From positions 1 to 64,000 of IMG/VR virus record IMGVR_UViG_3300044530_000662: DNA of 64,000 nucleotides; one strand, written 5' to 3'. Source of the DNA: a virus. The notes under the pieces were generated by a model. It was not told the DNA's origin. It searched no databases and saw only the letters and a list, made by a program, of their open reading frames with translations. Each line of letters opens with the position of its first letter. Position 1 is the first letter of the stretch. The translations under genes were made by a program, and so were the position numbers. Positions 56,801-64,000 of this stretch are shown in pieces.

Positions 56801-59417
56801 ATGCCCAATCAGGTAATGTATAACTGTATCTACTTCCTGATGCAGCTACCCCTCCTACTGCAACAGCACCTGCCATATAACCTTCAAGTGTTGTATCAAT
56901 TACACTTAAAACTGGAGTACTGCCTGTATAGGCCATAGAAAAAGAATCAAGTAAAGCACCGCCCGATGTAAAATATCTTGTTAATGCATTATTGTAACCT
57001 AGAGCTGGTATAAGACTTGAAGGTAAAACGTAGGGACTTACAGTATATGCAGCATTTGCAATACTTGCACCAACAATTTGAGCAGCAAAACTGACATCTC
57101 CTCCTAAGCCGGGAGTTGTATACTCAGCAGAAGTAATATCTATTTTACCTCTCATAGATATAATAGCTTCAATAAGACCTCCTATTGAAATTACAGCAAC
57201 AACAAGATCACTTAGTAATTTATTCTGTGGATGTTTGTTTGGTTCAATATATCTTTGATTAGATTGTCCTCTCAAATAACCATAGAGTTTTAATTCTGTA
57301 GATGATAAGAAAGGAGTATTAAACATAGTATCCGGAGAATGGAAACTTACCATATCCATCGGAACTGCTTGATCTAATACATTGTTATTATTACTAGGAC
57401 TTGGTATTCTAATATAAGGATCCATAAAAGGTCTATCATGATTATTTCCAGACCCTGTATTAAAAAATGAGTTAATTGTATTAAATGGATAGTTAGCATA
57501 TAAGCCTGTAGTAGGGTTTGCTTGATTAACCACTTGACCTTGTATATTATATGTTCTAAAGTTATTCAACATACCTTTAGCAATAATAGACTTGTTCCCT
57601 TCTCGGGAACCTCTTAGTATTTCATAACCTACTATACCAGGAATATCATTACCTTCATTATCTTTTGGATAAGAAATGTTTTCAAAGTATACTCCCATTA
57701 ATCTAATCTTTAAAGGATTAGGTGTATAAGGAGGATTTGGTTTAAAATGATTAGTTACAGCATTAGGTGTAGTATCCGTCATGTTGTCTGGAAACTTATG
57801 ATGTCTTATGGCTTGTCCACATAAATCATATTTAGTACTTTTTTTACCAAATACTCCTGTCCAACATTGATCACTAGCATTCCATATGTCAGGTCTATCA
57901 TCAGGATATTTTTCACTAGATTCCCAATAAGCCATACGACCAACAGCAATAACAGTACCTCCATCATCAGTTACTGAACCTACTACAGGATTACCAATAG
58001 GATCAACACTTGCTGTATTATATACTTCAAATATTTTATCATCTGGAGTTAAAGAATTTACACCATTATCATCATCATTCTCATATGTTGGACTAGCTGA
58101 TGTTGGATATCTTTCAGCAGCTCTTCCTGGAATATGATAGGATGAAGATTTATCTCCTGTATCATATACCCATCTAATAAAATAACAGTATACTTCATCT
58201 CTTAAATAGCTTCCTTTATTACCACCTTTTACATAATAGTCTGCTGGATATTCTACGGAAGCCCACTTAGCTTGAATAAGATTAGCAAAAGGTTGATAAT
58301 TAAAATCAAATTTAGAAGTAGGACCTACTCTTAGCAAGTAACTGTTTACTTCAGCTATTTGATCACACTTTTCAAACACTGGAGTTTGTAATGGTAGAAA
58401 TTGTAATGGTACAGATAATAAATCTGTTATAATTTGATCTATTGCAATTCTACTAGTCTTAGTAGAATAGGTACCAATTTGTTTTGCTACTGTTCCTTGG
58501 TTAATATTCTGAACAATGACTAATTGAAATTCATCAAAGTTTTCAAAGTCTGCTTCTACATCTATTACCAAAGATCCTTGTAAATCATTTGGATACCAGA
58601 TTGGTTGTGAATTACTTGGAGAAAAATAATCTGTAACTCTTTGACCTTTAATACTATATGCAATAGTAGCAAAGTAAGTTCCGTTTCTTAATGTTCCTCC
58701 TTGATCTCCTAATCTTACTTTAAGACATGGTGTTGACATAAGTCTTGCAAGTCTTATTTTATCACAATTTAAACTAGAGTCAAAAGTAATATAATCACAT
58801 GAACCTCCAGGTTTTACAAATTCATTCCATGCAACACCAGGCCATAATATTCTATTGGTACCATCAGAATAATAATTTATAGTAGGTTGACCTAACCACA
58901 CATAAGGAGCTTTTGGCCATGTCTGTGGATCTCCTACATTTAAAAATCTATCTGGATTATTTGCATCAGCCCAATATACTTGCCAAGTACAATCTTCTTT
59001 TTCTCTTGCTGAACCAGATATAAGATATCTTTTATCAAATCCTAAACAAGCATCTTGAACAATAGGTCTATATGTACAGGTATCTGTTTCAAGTAAACCA
59101 ATTTCTGACATAACGCTACCACCTTTAATTCCGTGACCAGCTGTAAAGATTATCCATTTATCAGAAAATAATTGTATTGCACCTATGATGTATTTTTTTA
59201 CTACACTAATAGGCATTGTTGATCCTGCTGTAATACATAAAAAGTTTGCACTCTCATTTGATATTGTACCCAAGTCACCTTCTTCTGTATTGTTTACAAC
59301 ATTACGGGCATGAGTCCACATACCTTCTTGTATAAAGGTAGTGTCAGCATCTTTATTTAAACCTTTAGTAAAACTACGGTTGATAATTTGTGTTGTGTTT
59401 TGCATTCCTTTTGCCAT
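53892..59417 (-). CDS. Tail stabilisation/muzzle-type protein, 1841 aa
   Basis: N-terminal SFTKGLNKD...HARNVVN and C-terminal WTISY...WISYHDWHP; beta-rich; directly after ring proteins, as in crAss-like tail modules. Confidence 0.7.
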   Translation of the reverse strand: MAKGMQNTTQIINRSFTKGLNKDADTTFIQEGMWTHARNVVNNTEEGDLGTISNESANFLCITAGSTMPISVVKKYIIGAIQLFSDKWIIFTAGHGIKGGSVMSEIGLLETDTCTYRPIVQDACLGFDKRYLISGSAREKEDCTWQVYWADANNPDRFLNVGDPQTWPKAPYVWLGQPTINYYSDGTNRILWPGVAWNEFVKPGGSCDYITFDSSLNCDKIRLARLMSTPCLKVRLGDQGGTLRNGTYFATIAYSIKGQRVTDYFSPSNSQPIWYPNDLQGSLVIDVEADFENFDEFQLVIVQNINQGTVAKQIGTYSTKTSRIAIDQIITDLLSVPLQFLPLQTPVFEKCDQIAEVNSYLLRVGPTSKFDFNYQPFANLIQAKWASVEYPADYYVKGGNKGSYLRDEVYCYFIRWVYDTGDKSSSYHIPGRAAERYPTSASPTYENDDDNGVNSLTPDDKIFEVYNTASVDPIGNPVVGSVTDDGGTVIAVGRMAYWESSEKYPDDRPDIWNASDQCWTGVFGKKSTKYDLCGQAIRHHKFPDNMTDTTPNAVTNHFKPNPPYTPNPLKIRLMGVYFENISYPKDNEGNDIPGIVGYEILRGSREGNKSIIAKGMLNNFRTYNIQGQVVNQANPTTGLYANYPFNTINSFFNTGSGNNHDRPFMDPYIRIPSPSNNNNVLDQAVPMDMVSFHSPDTMFNTPFLSSTELKLYGYLRGQSNQRYIEPNKHPQNKLLSDLVVAVISIGGLIEAIISMRGKIDITSAEYTTPGLGGDVSFAAQIVGASIANAAYTVSPYVLPSSLIPALGYNNALTRYFTSGGALLDSFSMAYTGSTPVLSVIDTTLEGYMAGAVAVGGVAASGSRYSYTLPDWAYLDPFSRALGATNQLLFYFSEGARTTLTLIKAFIPEDQFALQMIAHGFYDDMRRNNAANGLFRFKIEDSFYIRGNIQQVPSYYKYNNALTSYSINNLNRSDTVVIRTKAGPNYAGPLYNNVIGPNYITEPTGVSYVDQSLTTLGRLNQNGIIKTDTLANITGSSLDIPTFTKTDTPFQAPIASHYAGMKIRLGNQYGQLQGVKQIVITPCEQKFSLGQLEDTPGASTKCAACNVDTKIKRIRQSPVFFGGDTFVNRYTEKNSMFFFYDWLFGQPDGFEFNYLLRQMIPQPRFWMNSKDYDVSDLAPDFANGNTTPGTGDLPTSFYNLDYYKNSSRYYSYSSDFPIGGYPGLFRAKNANFYLACSSVRDFFVESDVLVDFRIAGDYEWEKHYNPYNYTELTRMFDIDPQNITRGNTYRYDYSLSISKLFTEYFSSGALQSPYYNPAVAKLCYTYLPDTIYYSLPQQDQSFKDSWFVYLANNYREFKSQISGVKSINKSGLFITFKNDMPQMFQGVDTLNTALGTKITIGDGGLFSQPGQSVSNADKPYEYGSSQNRLSVVSTPAGLFYVSQNQGKIFSYGEGLKEISQIGLKWWFSLFLKYKLTQHFPNYEWQDNPVAGIGIQAVYDNENSILYFCKKDYDVKPELADRVEYIPFVKECYVNSNGAAVQKGTGDYFTLDGAGRYLIGDPKLFDSASWTISYDPKNEFWISYHDWHPDLVIPTKTVFLTTKMETIWKHNFNCQQYCNYYGVNYPFEIEFPIITGQTPTVVKSFEYILECYTRASNCVDQFHVLDFNFDNAVIYNSEQVSGYLNLNIFPKNNIVLSLNYPKFNPSIPMIFTNPVTGLPSVTGVPGFDILFSKEENKYRFNQFWDVTNNRGEFPVGAGYPPQGPLVPNTTVLLGNYVQQLIWNSKPDGYTRELNLVNIDYNKAQLQRKKFRHYTHFLSLRKEISGNVNMILKTVDSKNQYSPR

Positions 59418-60448
59418 TATCTCAAAGTTGTATTGCGTCCAAAATAACCATTATACCCTTGGTATGATTTAAACATATCATAATACTTAGAGTATTGTGC
59501 TCTTCTGTTTGTCCACCATAGTTTCTCCATCTCTTTAAAGTTTGGAGTATTAACTAGGCTAAGTGCTTGACTTCTAGCTGCTTTTAATCTTTGTTCAAGT
59601 AATGTCATTCTTTGAGCAACATCTTCACCATTTAGAAATAGGTTTTCCATGATTCTCATTTTTAATGCATACTCATAATATTCATTTAATAAATCATGAT
59701 CAGGAACTAAAAGCTGTCCTTGCTCATTCTCCATTAAACCTTGATAGTTAAGATATACTTTACCATCTTGAAATGTAGTAAACAAATATCCATTCTTAAT
59801 CCAACCTTCATTAGGTCCATTGTAATATAAGTTAGGACATTCACATTCTATTTCTTGACTAGCTTTTAATCTTAAAGGAATTAATCCAGTATATGTATAA
59901 TAGTTTGAATTAGTTATTACTTGGATTAGTTCATACTTGTCTCCTTTACAGTTCATAAAAACTCTTGGTGGAATACATGTATCACCATATGGATTATTTG
60001 GATCATATGATGTTGGTATTGGATCTACTATAGGGTGATTAAGATCACAACCTGCTGTATGATTACACGGATTAGCATTACATGTTCTACAGTTAACACT
60101 TATGGGAGCACAAGTATCAACAGTACTTGGAACTTCTACATAGGGTATCTCTTGTATATTAGTACCGCCCTGTGGGTATCCTGTATGTTGTGTATATTGA
60201 CCACACACCATTGCATAGTTAACTGTATAAAAATTATCAGGTAATTTTACTTTACCATGACATACATCAAGTACAGCTTCTTTTGTTTGATTAATTCTAA
60301 GACCTAAATCATAATTAAGTTTTTTTACAAGCTTAATTAATTGTTGAGGCTCAATCATATTTTCAAGAGCAAATGAATTTAGATCAACTGTTACATCTTC
60401 AAGTAACTGATCAAATGTACGGTATTTAAGTGTGTAGTTAAAATCCAT
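59417..60448 (-). CDS. Tail ring/tubular-type structural protein with Cys-rich insertion
   Basis: Position in tail module; GKVKLPDNF and VYLNY...LLVPDH...EYALK pattern. Confidence 0.55.
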   Translation of the reverse strand: MDFNYTLKYRTFDQLLEDVTVDLNSFALENMIEPQQLIKLVKKLNYDLGLRINQTKEAVLDVCHGKVKLPDNFYTVNYAMVCGQYTQHTGYPQGGTNIQEIPYVEVPSTVDTCAPISVNCRTCNANPCNHTAGCDLNHPIVDPIPTSYDPNNPYGDTCIPPRVFMNCKGDKYELIQVITNSNYYTYTGLIPLRLKASQEIECECPNLYYNGPNEGWIKNGYLFTTFQDGKVYLNYQGLMENEQGQLLVPDHDLLNEYYEYALKMRIMENLFLNGEDVAQRMTLLEQRLKAARSQALSLVNTPNFKEMEKLWWTNRRAQYSKYYDMFKSYQGYNGYFGRNTTLR

Positions 60449-61110
60449 TATCTAAGAGCATTTTGGCTGTCATCAGGACCATCACTTGGAACTGACATTG
60501 ACATTGTTAATTCTTTTACTACATATTGTTCTACTTCTGCAAACAAGTATTCAGGAATATTTAATATTTCATCTTGTTGAATCAAGCATGGTTCTGTATC
60601 ACATTTTACTGTATTGTTTTCAAAGATTGCTTCCATTCTTATTGCATCCCAATCAATATTAGGACAGTATACATATCCGTTAAGATACCAGAAGTAAGGT
60701 CTTGTGTTATACTTAAATGTTGTTGTTCTAGTCATGGATACCCAAGTGCCTGGATCAGTTCTAAACATTTCAATACTACCATCAATAGATGAAGTAGTTC
60801 TTATTATAGGACCAAACATACCATTAAGTATACTAGGTAATTTATCTTTAGATCTTTTGAAGTAACATTCTGAATAAACACCAACACATCCAGCTTCAAC
60901 TTTATCAACATCAATTAATTCTATGTAGGGAAGTACTTGAAATATCTGACTCATCTTCATTAACCTAAATTGATTATCCTCTCTCTTAATAAGAGTCTGA
61001 GAATATTTCATTAAAGAAAAGTAAATAGTCCTGTCAGTTAAAAAGGGATCCTCTTTAACAGCTTTTAAAGTATTTCTTACTCTTGATATTGCTTCACCTA
61101 TTGTTGTCAT
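60448..61110 (-). CDS. Structural (ring-type) protein
   Basis: MTTIGEAISRVRN..., YFKRSKDKLP, YFWYLNGY; coupled to neighbours. Confidence 0.55.
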   Translation of the reverse strand: MTTIGEAISRVRNTLKAVKEDPFLTDRTIYFSLMKYSQTLIKREDNQFRLMKMSQIFQVLPYIELIDVDKVEAGCVGVYSECYFKRSKDKLPSILNGMFGPIIRTTSSIDGSIEMFRTDPGTWVSMTRTTTFKYNTRPYFWYLNGYVYCPNIDWDAIRMEAIFENNTVKCDTEPCLIQQDEILNIPEYLFAEVEQYVVKELTMSMSVPSDGPDDSQNALR

Positions 61111-61688
61111 AAGTTAAATTCATTATATGTTGTCAAGGCTTCTGCCTGTTTTTTAAGGGCATAATGCTTCTTAAAGAAGTTTTGATATGTTATTCTTATT
61201 TTAGCATTAGGTTCAACTACCACATACATATTCCAATTTTCAGGATATGTTTTTGCTACAGCTCTTTTAAATTCTCTGCATGCTACAAATTTCCAATACT
61301 CCTTATTTTTCATTTTTATTTTAGGAGCATAATTTGTATAAAATATTTTAGCTAGTTTTCCATCAGTAGCCCAGTTATTATTTGATACAGCCATTCCGTA
61401 TGTATGAGATTTGGCAAAGTCTATATTCTTTTTCTTGCTTTGCTGACAAGTCCCTATAAATAACCAACCAATTGATTCTGGTAATTGCACACCATCTCTT
61501 GTATTAATAACTGTTTGATATACAGTTTGATTAAATAGTTTAGCTATTTGTTTCAATGTTGCATTATCAAAGTGTTTATACTTTGGATACCTATTTCTAA
61601 AATTTTCAAAGAACTCATTATTTAGAACATTATATACATCTGGTCTAAATCTTGGAGCTTTAACATCTGGTTTTTTAATTTCCTTCAT
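61107..61688 (-). CDS. IHF/HU-like DNA-binding protein
   Basis: Basic protein; helical N-terminus then DGVQLPESIGWLFIG, resembling the HU/IHF V.L.GFG.F strand; crAss-like tail modules carry such a gene. Confidence 0.55.
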   Translation of the reverse strand: MKEIKKPDVKAPRFRPDVYNVLNNEFFENFRNRYPKYKHFDNATLKQIAKLFNQTVYQTVINTRDGVQLPESIGWLFIGTCQQSKKKNIDFAKSHTYGMAVSNNNWATDGKLAKIFYTNYAPKIKMKNKEYWKFVACREFKRAVAKTYPENWNMYVVVEPNAKIRITYQNFFKKHYALKKQAEALTTYNEFNL

Positions 61689-61725
61689 GCTACTATATTA
61701 ATATACTAAAAATAAATGACTTTAA

Positions 61726-61756
61726 CAAATGTACATAAAAAACAAAACCCCCACAA
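61726..61756 (-). promoter_or_regulatory. Candidate Bacteroidota sigma-A promoter for the IHF-like gene
   Basis: Minus strand TTG-N20-TACATTTG, ending 38 nt before ATG 61688. Confidence 0.5.
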
Positions 61757-61770
61757 GTGTGAGGGCTTTG
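61737..61770 (-). terminator. Intrinsic terminator (minus strand)
   Basis: CAAAGCCCTCAC-ACTT-GTGGGGGTTTTG 12-bp stem with G-U pairs, then T6. Confidence 0.9.
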
Positions 61771-61778
61771 CCGTTGTT

Positions 61779-61930
61779 GTTACAGAAACCAACAAACCGT
61801 AACTTCTTTTAATACAGAATAATGTTATGGGCACGCCTATAATCAGGTATACACCTAGGTGCGTACTTATAATCAGGCAATCTCCTTGGAGATCAATTAT
61901 CATCAAGCACTACCCATAACATTATTGTGC
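61779..61930 (-). ncRNA. Candidate structured non-coding RNA with a 30-nt-period internal array
   Basis: 14-bp inverted repeat 61818-61831 / 61913-61926; three phased 10-nt motifs; two hairpins with CWAG loops; extra hairpin 61779-61803. Confidence 0.6.
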
Positions 61931-61937
61931 ATATTAG

Positions 61938-62888
61938 TTAATGATTAAAATGTTTAATATTAGTAGGATCATGATTTATTGCATATGAAACATAAGAAGG
62001 ACCACCAATAGTCAATCTAAACTTCACTATTTTACATTGAATACTTGCTGTTAATGGACCAAATATAATTGGATATTTTGAATTTGGATCTGGATTTTCA
62101 ATACCAATTGCAAATCTAAAATACACTGATCTGTTTGGACTATCTCTTTTTCTTCCTCTTACATAATATTTTGCTAACTGATCCCATAAAACTGTATTAT
62201 TAAATGGTGCTGGTAATGAGTCAGAAATGAGTGAACAAATATAAAATTCTCCTGGATTAAAATCAGTTAGTAATTGTCTTTCATAAGGTTCAGTTATTGT
62301 TAAAGGAAACTCTGAATGTGTAGGACATAATGTAGTTCCACTATAAAAATTACCGTTTGGAAAATTTATACCTTGCATGTGAGTAGTATGTTTCCATCCA
62401 CCATGGTAATACTTTTTTTGTGAATCATCATTAATATCACGCACTTTTCTATTCTTTCCATTTTTCTTTACAAAAAGATAAATCTTAGGATTATAGTCTA
62501 AGTATGCATTAGATTCAGTACCAGGTAATATTGAAGCATGCAATAACTTACCTGCTTGTGATTGTATAGTTAATTGTGGTATTTGAATACCAGAGCCTCC
62601 TGAATTATTACAAAAATAATCAACTATACTTTCTAAAGCTTCAGCTACTGTATCATTAGTATTTACAATAGGTCCTGCAGGTGCAGGATTAGGTTCAGGT
62701 GCAGCATTAAATGTTTGAGCTACTGTACATGATAAAGGTAATCCTGTATATCTTACACATTGTGCATCAAATATTTCAGAGCATGGTTGTGGAGTAGGAC
62801 ATCCTATTGGTGTAGGACATGGAGCAGGACTAACCATAAAGCTATCCTGACATCCGCATTTCTTACATGTATTATTTGTTGTTGTCAT
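61938..62888 (-). CDS. Cys/Pro-rich tail-associated structural protein
   Basis: CKKCGC...PCPTPIGCPTPQPCSEIFDAQCVRYTG N-terminus; beta-rich C-terminal domain. Confidence 0.6.
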   Translation of the reverse strand: MTTTNNTCKKCGCQDSFMVSPAPCPTPIGCPTPQPCSEIFDAQCVRYTGLPLSCTVAQTFNAAPEPNPAPAGPIVNTNDTVAEALESIVDYFCNNSGGSGIQIPQLTIQSQAGKLLHASILPGTESNAYLDYNPKIYLFVKKNGKNRKVRDINDDSQKKYYHGGWKHTTHMQGINFPNGNFYSGTTLCPTHSEFPLTITEPYERQLLTDFNPGEFYICSLISDSLPAPFNNTVLWDQLAKYYVRGRKRDSPNRSVYFRFAIGIENPDPNSKYPIIFGPLTASIQCKIVKFRLTIGGPSYVSYAINHDPTNIKHFNH

Positions 62889-62905
62889 AGTTTAATTTTT
62901 TAAAA

Positions 62906-64000
62906 TTATGGACAAACTGTAGTAGTTAAACCATCTTTTAATTTTACAATAGAAAAAGAAATACCATCGGCACCAGCATAACCTGTACCATCATAATTTC
63001 TATTTGTTGTATTTAATACCTTTACTCTAAAAGTTGCACCTGCATTAGCTACTAAAACTTGTGAAACAGATATTTCTACATTTCTATCTATACTTGGTAT
63101 TAAAGCTTGACCTTGAGCAACATAAACATCTGTATTATTATTAGGATGTATACCTAATAAAAAAGAACCTATATCTGTTGAAACAGTTCCTGACCAAAAT
63201 ACTGTACTACCATTATCAGGTTTTAAATGGACTCTAGCATTAATTAAGTAAGTACCTGGATCGTTTATTGTAAATAAACCATTATCATTATCAAAGGTAC
63301 CAAATGATATAGTTGGTATACAACTATTAGTTACATAGTTACCACTTCCAAGAGCAGCTGTAACAAAGTTTTTATTTACCCCAATACTTGTATATTTAGA
63401 AATAACTTGTCCTTTTGTTACACCATCAACACTTGAAGGTACTACTTTAGGAATAACACCTGAATCTGGAGCGTATGTATTTTTAATAGTAAGATTTGCT
63501 ACAAATGTTTCTAAATAATCATTAGTAACTGTATAAGTTGTTTCATTACCAACAGTAACTGGTGTAACAAGTATGCCTTCTCCTGCTGCTACAACACTTG
63601 TTGGAAGATCCGTTACATATTCTCTAATATCACATATAGCAATCCAAATGTTATTTATTGCATTTGATACTGATGGAGATGATCCAAGAGTAGCTGCATT
63701 AATCCAGCTTCCAGAATAGTATGCACTAAAACTATTTAGAGCAGGTAAAGCTGCTAATGCTTGATCACTATCAGCAATACATTGAGATAATACTGCATCA
63801 TTTATTTCTGCAGGAGTTCCTGTAGAACTAAGCAATGCACAATAACCCAATGTATTATCATTCATAAGAGCTTCAACTATTGCATCTAAGGGTTGATCAC
63901 CTGTTAATATACAGTCTACACTAAATGAAGGTAATGTATATGTAGCAATGTTATCTATTTGAAACTGAAGATCATTTAAAGTATTATTGATTACACCTAT
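62906..64000 (-). CDS. Tail fibre/spike-like protein, 5'-truncated by the window edge
   Basis: Frame of ORF 62906..63865 stays open to base 64000; C-terminal FTINDPGTYLINARVH...FRVKVL beta-sandwich-like segment. Confidence 0.6.
   Translation of the reverse strand: MGVINNTLNDLQFQIDNIATYTLPSFSVDCILTGDQPLDAIVEALMNDNTLGYCALLSSTGTPAEINDAVLSQCIADSDQALAALPALNSFSAYYSGSWINAATLGSSPSVSNAINNIWIAICDIREYVTDLPTSVVAAGEGILVTPVTVGNETTYTVTNDYLETFVANLTIKNTYAPDSGVIPKVVPSSVDGVTKGQVISKYTSIGVNKNFVTAALGSGNYVTNSCIPTISFGTFDNDNGLFTINDPGTYLINARVHLKPDNGSTVFWSGTVSTDIGSFLLGIHPNNNTDVYVAQGQALIPSIDRNVEISVSQVLVANAGATFRVKVLNTTNRNYDGTGYAGADGISFSIVKLKDGLTTTVCP

Noticed and set aside
141-61355. Many short opposite-strand or alternate-frame ORFs in the track (e.g. 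141..377, 614..967, 21075..21338, 30714..31277, 42409..42684, 51680..52093)
   Set aside because: They lie wholly within longer genes with recognisable motifs and have the F/L/I/S-rich composition of antisense shadows
61706-61906. 66-aa minus-strand ORF across the structured intergenic region
   Set aside because: It runs through a strong terminator and the repeat/hairpin element and has no protein-like features; the non-coding explanation fits better
61838-61907. Calling the mini-array a CRISPR, TIGR or retron locus
   Set aside because: Repeats are only 10 nt, spacers are self-complementary, and no cas, Nop-domain or reverse transcriptase gene is visible in the window; kept only as analogies
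61818-61926. tRNA or invertible promoter
   Set aside because: No T-loop GTTC or cloverleaf; no TAnnTTTG box between the inverted repeats and no recombinase in the window
18741-64000. Stop-codon reassignment in late genes
   Set aside because: Very long ORFs are intact in the standard code and abut one another, so no recoding is needed

Overview
An AT-rich, densely coding 64-kb segment of a large tailed dsDNA phage with crAss-like (Crassvirales-type) organisation. The host is probably a Bacteroidota, inferred from the absence of obvious Shine-Dalgarno sites and the presence of TAnnTTTG promoter boxes; the standard genetic code is used. Bases 1-18.7 kb (+ strand) hold a replication and host-takeover block: DnaB-like helicase, AAA_24/Sak4-like ATPase, putative SSB, primase, GIY-YIG nuclease, small ORFs, vWA-metallopeptidase plus MoxR-like AAA+ ATPase, PD-(D/E)XK exonuclease, family B DNA polymerase, DUF932-like protein and a MazG-like pyrophosphatase, punctuated by intrinsic terminators. 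Bases 18.7-64 kb (- strand) hold a virion block: giant ejection/cargo proteins (1165, 4301, 2568, 1029 aa), three low-complexity cargo proteins full of xQxGG motifs, tail stabilisation and ring proteins, an IHF/HU-like protein and Cys-rich tail proteins. The 4301-aa protein is a virion RNA polymerase (DFDGD) that also carries zincin, AlkB-like, SLOG-like and P-loop kinase domains. The 2568-aa protein carries a PP2C-like phosphatase and a PD-(D/E)XK nuclease. The most unusual non-coding signal is at about 61,780-61,930: a 14-bp inverted repeat enclosing a 30-nt-period mini-array (three 10-nt motifs separated by two structurally conserved hairpins with compensatory changes), followed by a terminator. 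Capsid, portal and terminase genes are not in the window. All family assignments come from motif recognition by eye, not from database searches.
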